Origin: Auanema rhodensis
Taxonomy: Eukaryota; Animalia; Nematoda
DNA length: 64,000 nucleotides
Direction of reading: 5' to 3'
NCBI GenBank assembly: GCA_964057225.1
Contig: OZ059894.1
Location: 14,632,001-14,696,000, forward strand
The stretch's first letter is position 1, and each line of letters opens with the position of its first letter. Below the pieces are notes generated by a model, which had not been told where the DNA came from, ran no database searches, and worked only from the letters and a program-made list of their open reading frames with translations. Position numbers and translations under genes: made by a program. Shown here piece by piece: positions 63,772 to 64,000 of this stretch.

Positions 63772-64000
63772 CATTGAATATTTATTTGAAAATAACAACA
63801 GAACAATATTGAGAAAACATACAACACATTGAAATATAATTGTCTACTTATTTAAATTTAAAGTTGGACAAGTGTCGGTAGTATTATAACTCTTCGAACT
63901 CACCGAAACATGTAAAAACTTTTTAAAACATACAGAATTATTGTTTTCAAACTGAGTACTTCAGATTCGTGGTTTCATACACTAACCATAAAGCTAAACA

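Noticed and set aside
63781-64000. Minus-strand AATAAA (63786-63781) suggesting the 3' end of a convergent gene
   Set aside because: Plausible, but no coding sequence lies within the window to support it.

Overview
Eukaryotic, AT-rich nematode DNA, most likely a clade V rhabditid: ~42-50 nt introns, TTTCAG/TTTTAG acceptors, and a kindlin closely matching my recollection of C. elegans UNC-112. Almost all ORFs in the supplied track are spurious or partial, because the real genes are split into many small exons. Two divergently transcribed protein genes were reconstructed by hand. (1) A Smaug/SAMD4-family RNA-binding SAM+PHAT protein on the minus strand: 11 phase-consistent exons at 831-5289, plus a probable first coding exon 23 kb away at 28525-28666 (~597 aa). 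(2) A complete 17-exon kindlin/unc-112 on the plus strand (57557-63509, 717 aa). Between 5.3 and 57.5 kb there is essentially no other coding sequence. That stretch holds a tRNA-Ala(UGC), (CT)n/(GA)n arrays, a probable MITE, a pre-miRNA-like hairpin and recurrent tandem ACGTGA motif clusters. The best hidden element is a ~135-nt box H/ACA guide RNA in kindlin intron 3. Its 5' pocket is complementary to the U2 snRNA branch-site-recognition region and is predicted to guide Psi41 (human numbering; yeast Psi42). The kindlin 3'UTR also carries a 10-nt miR-124 match between two AATAAA signals. All analyses were done by eye; no searches or folding programs were run.
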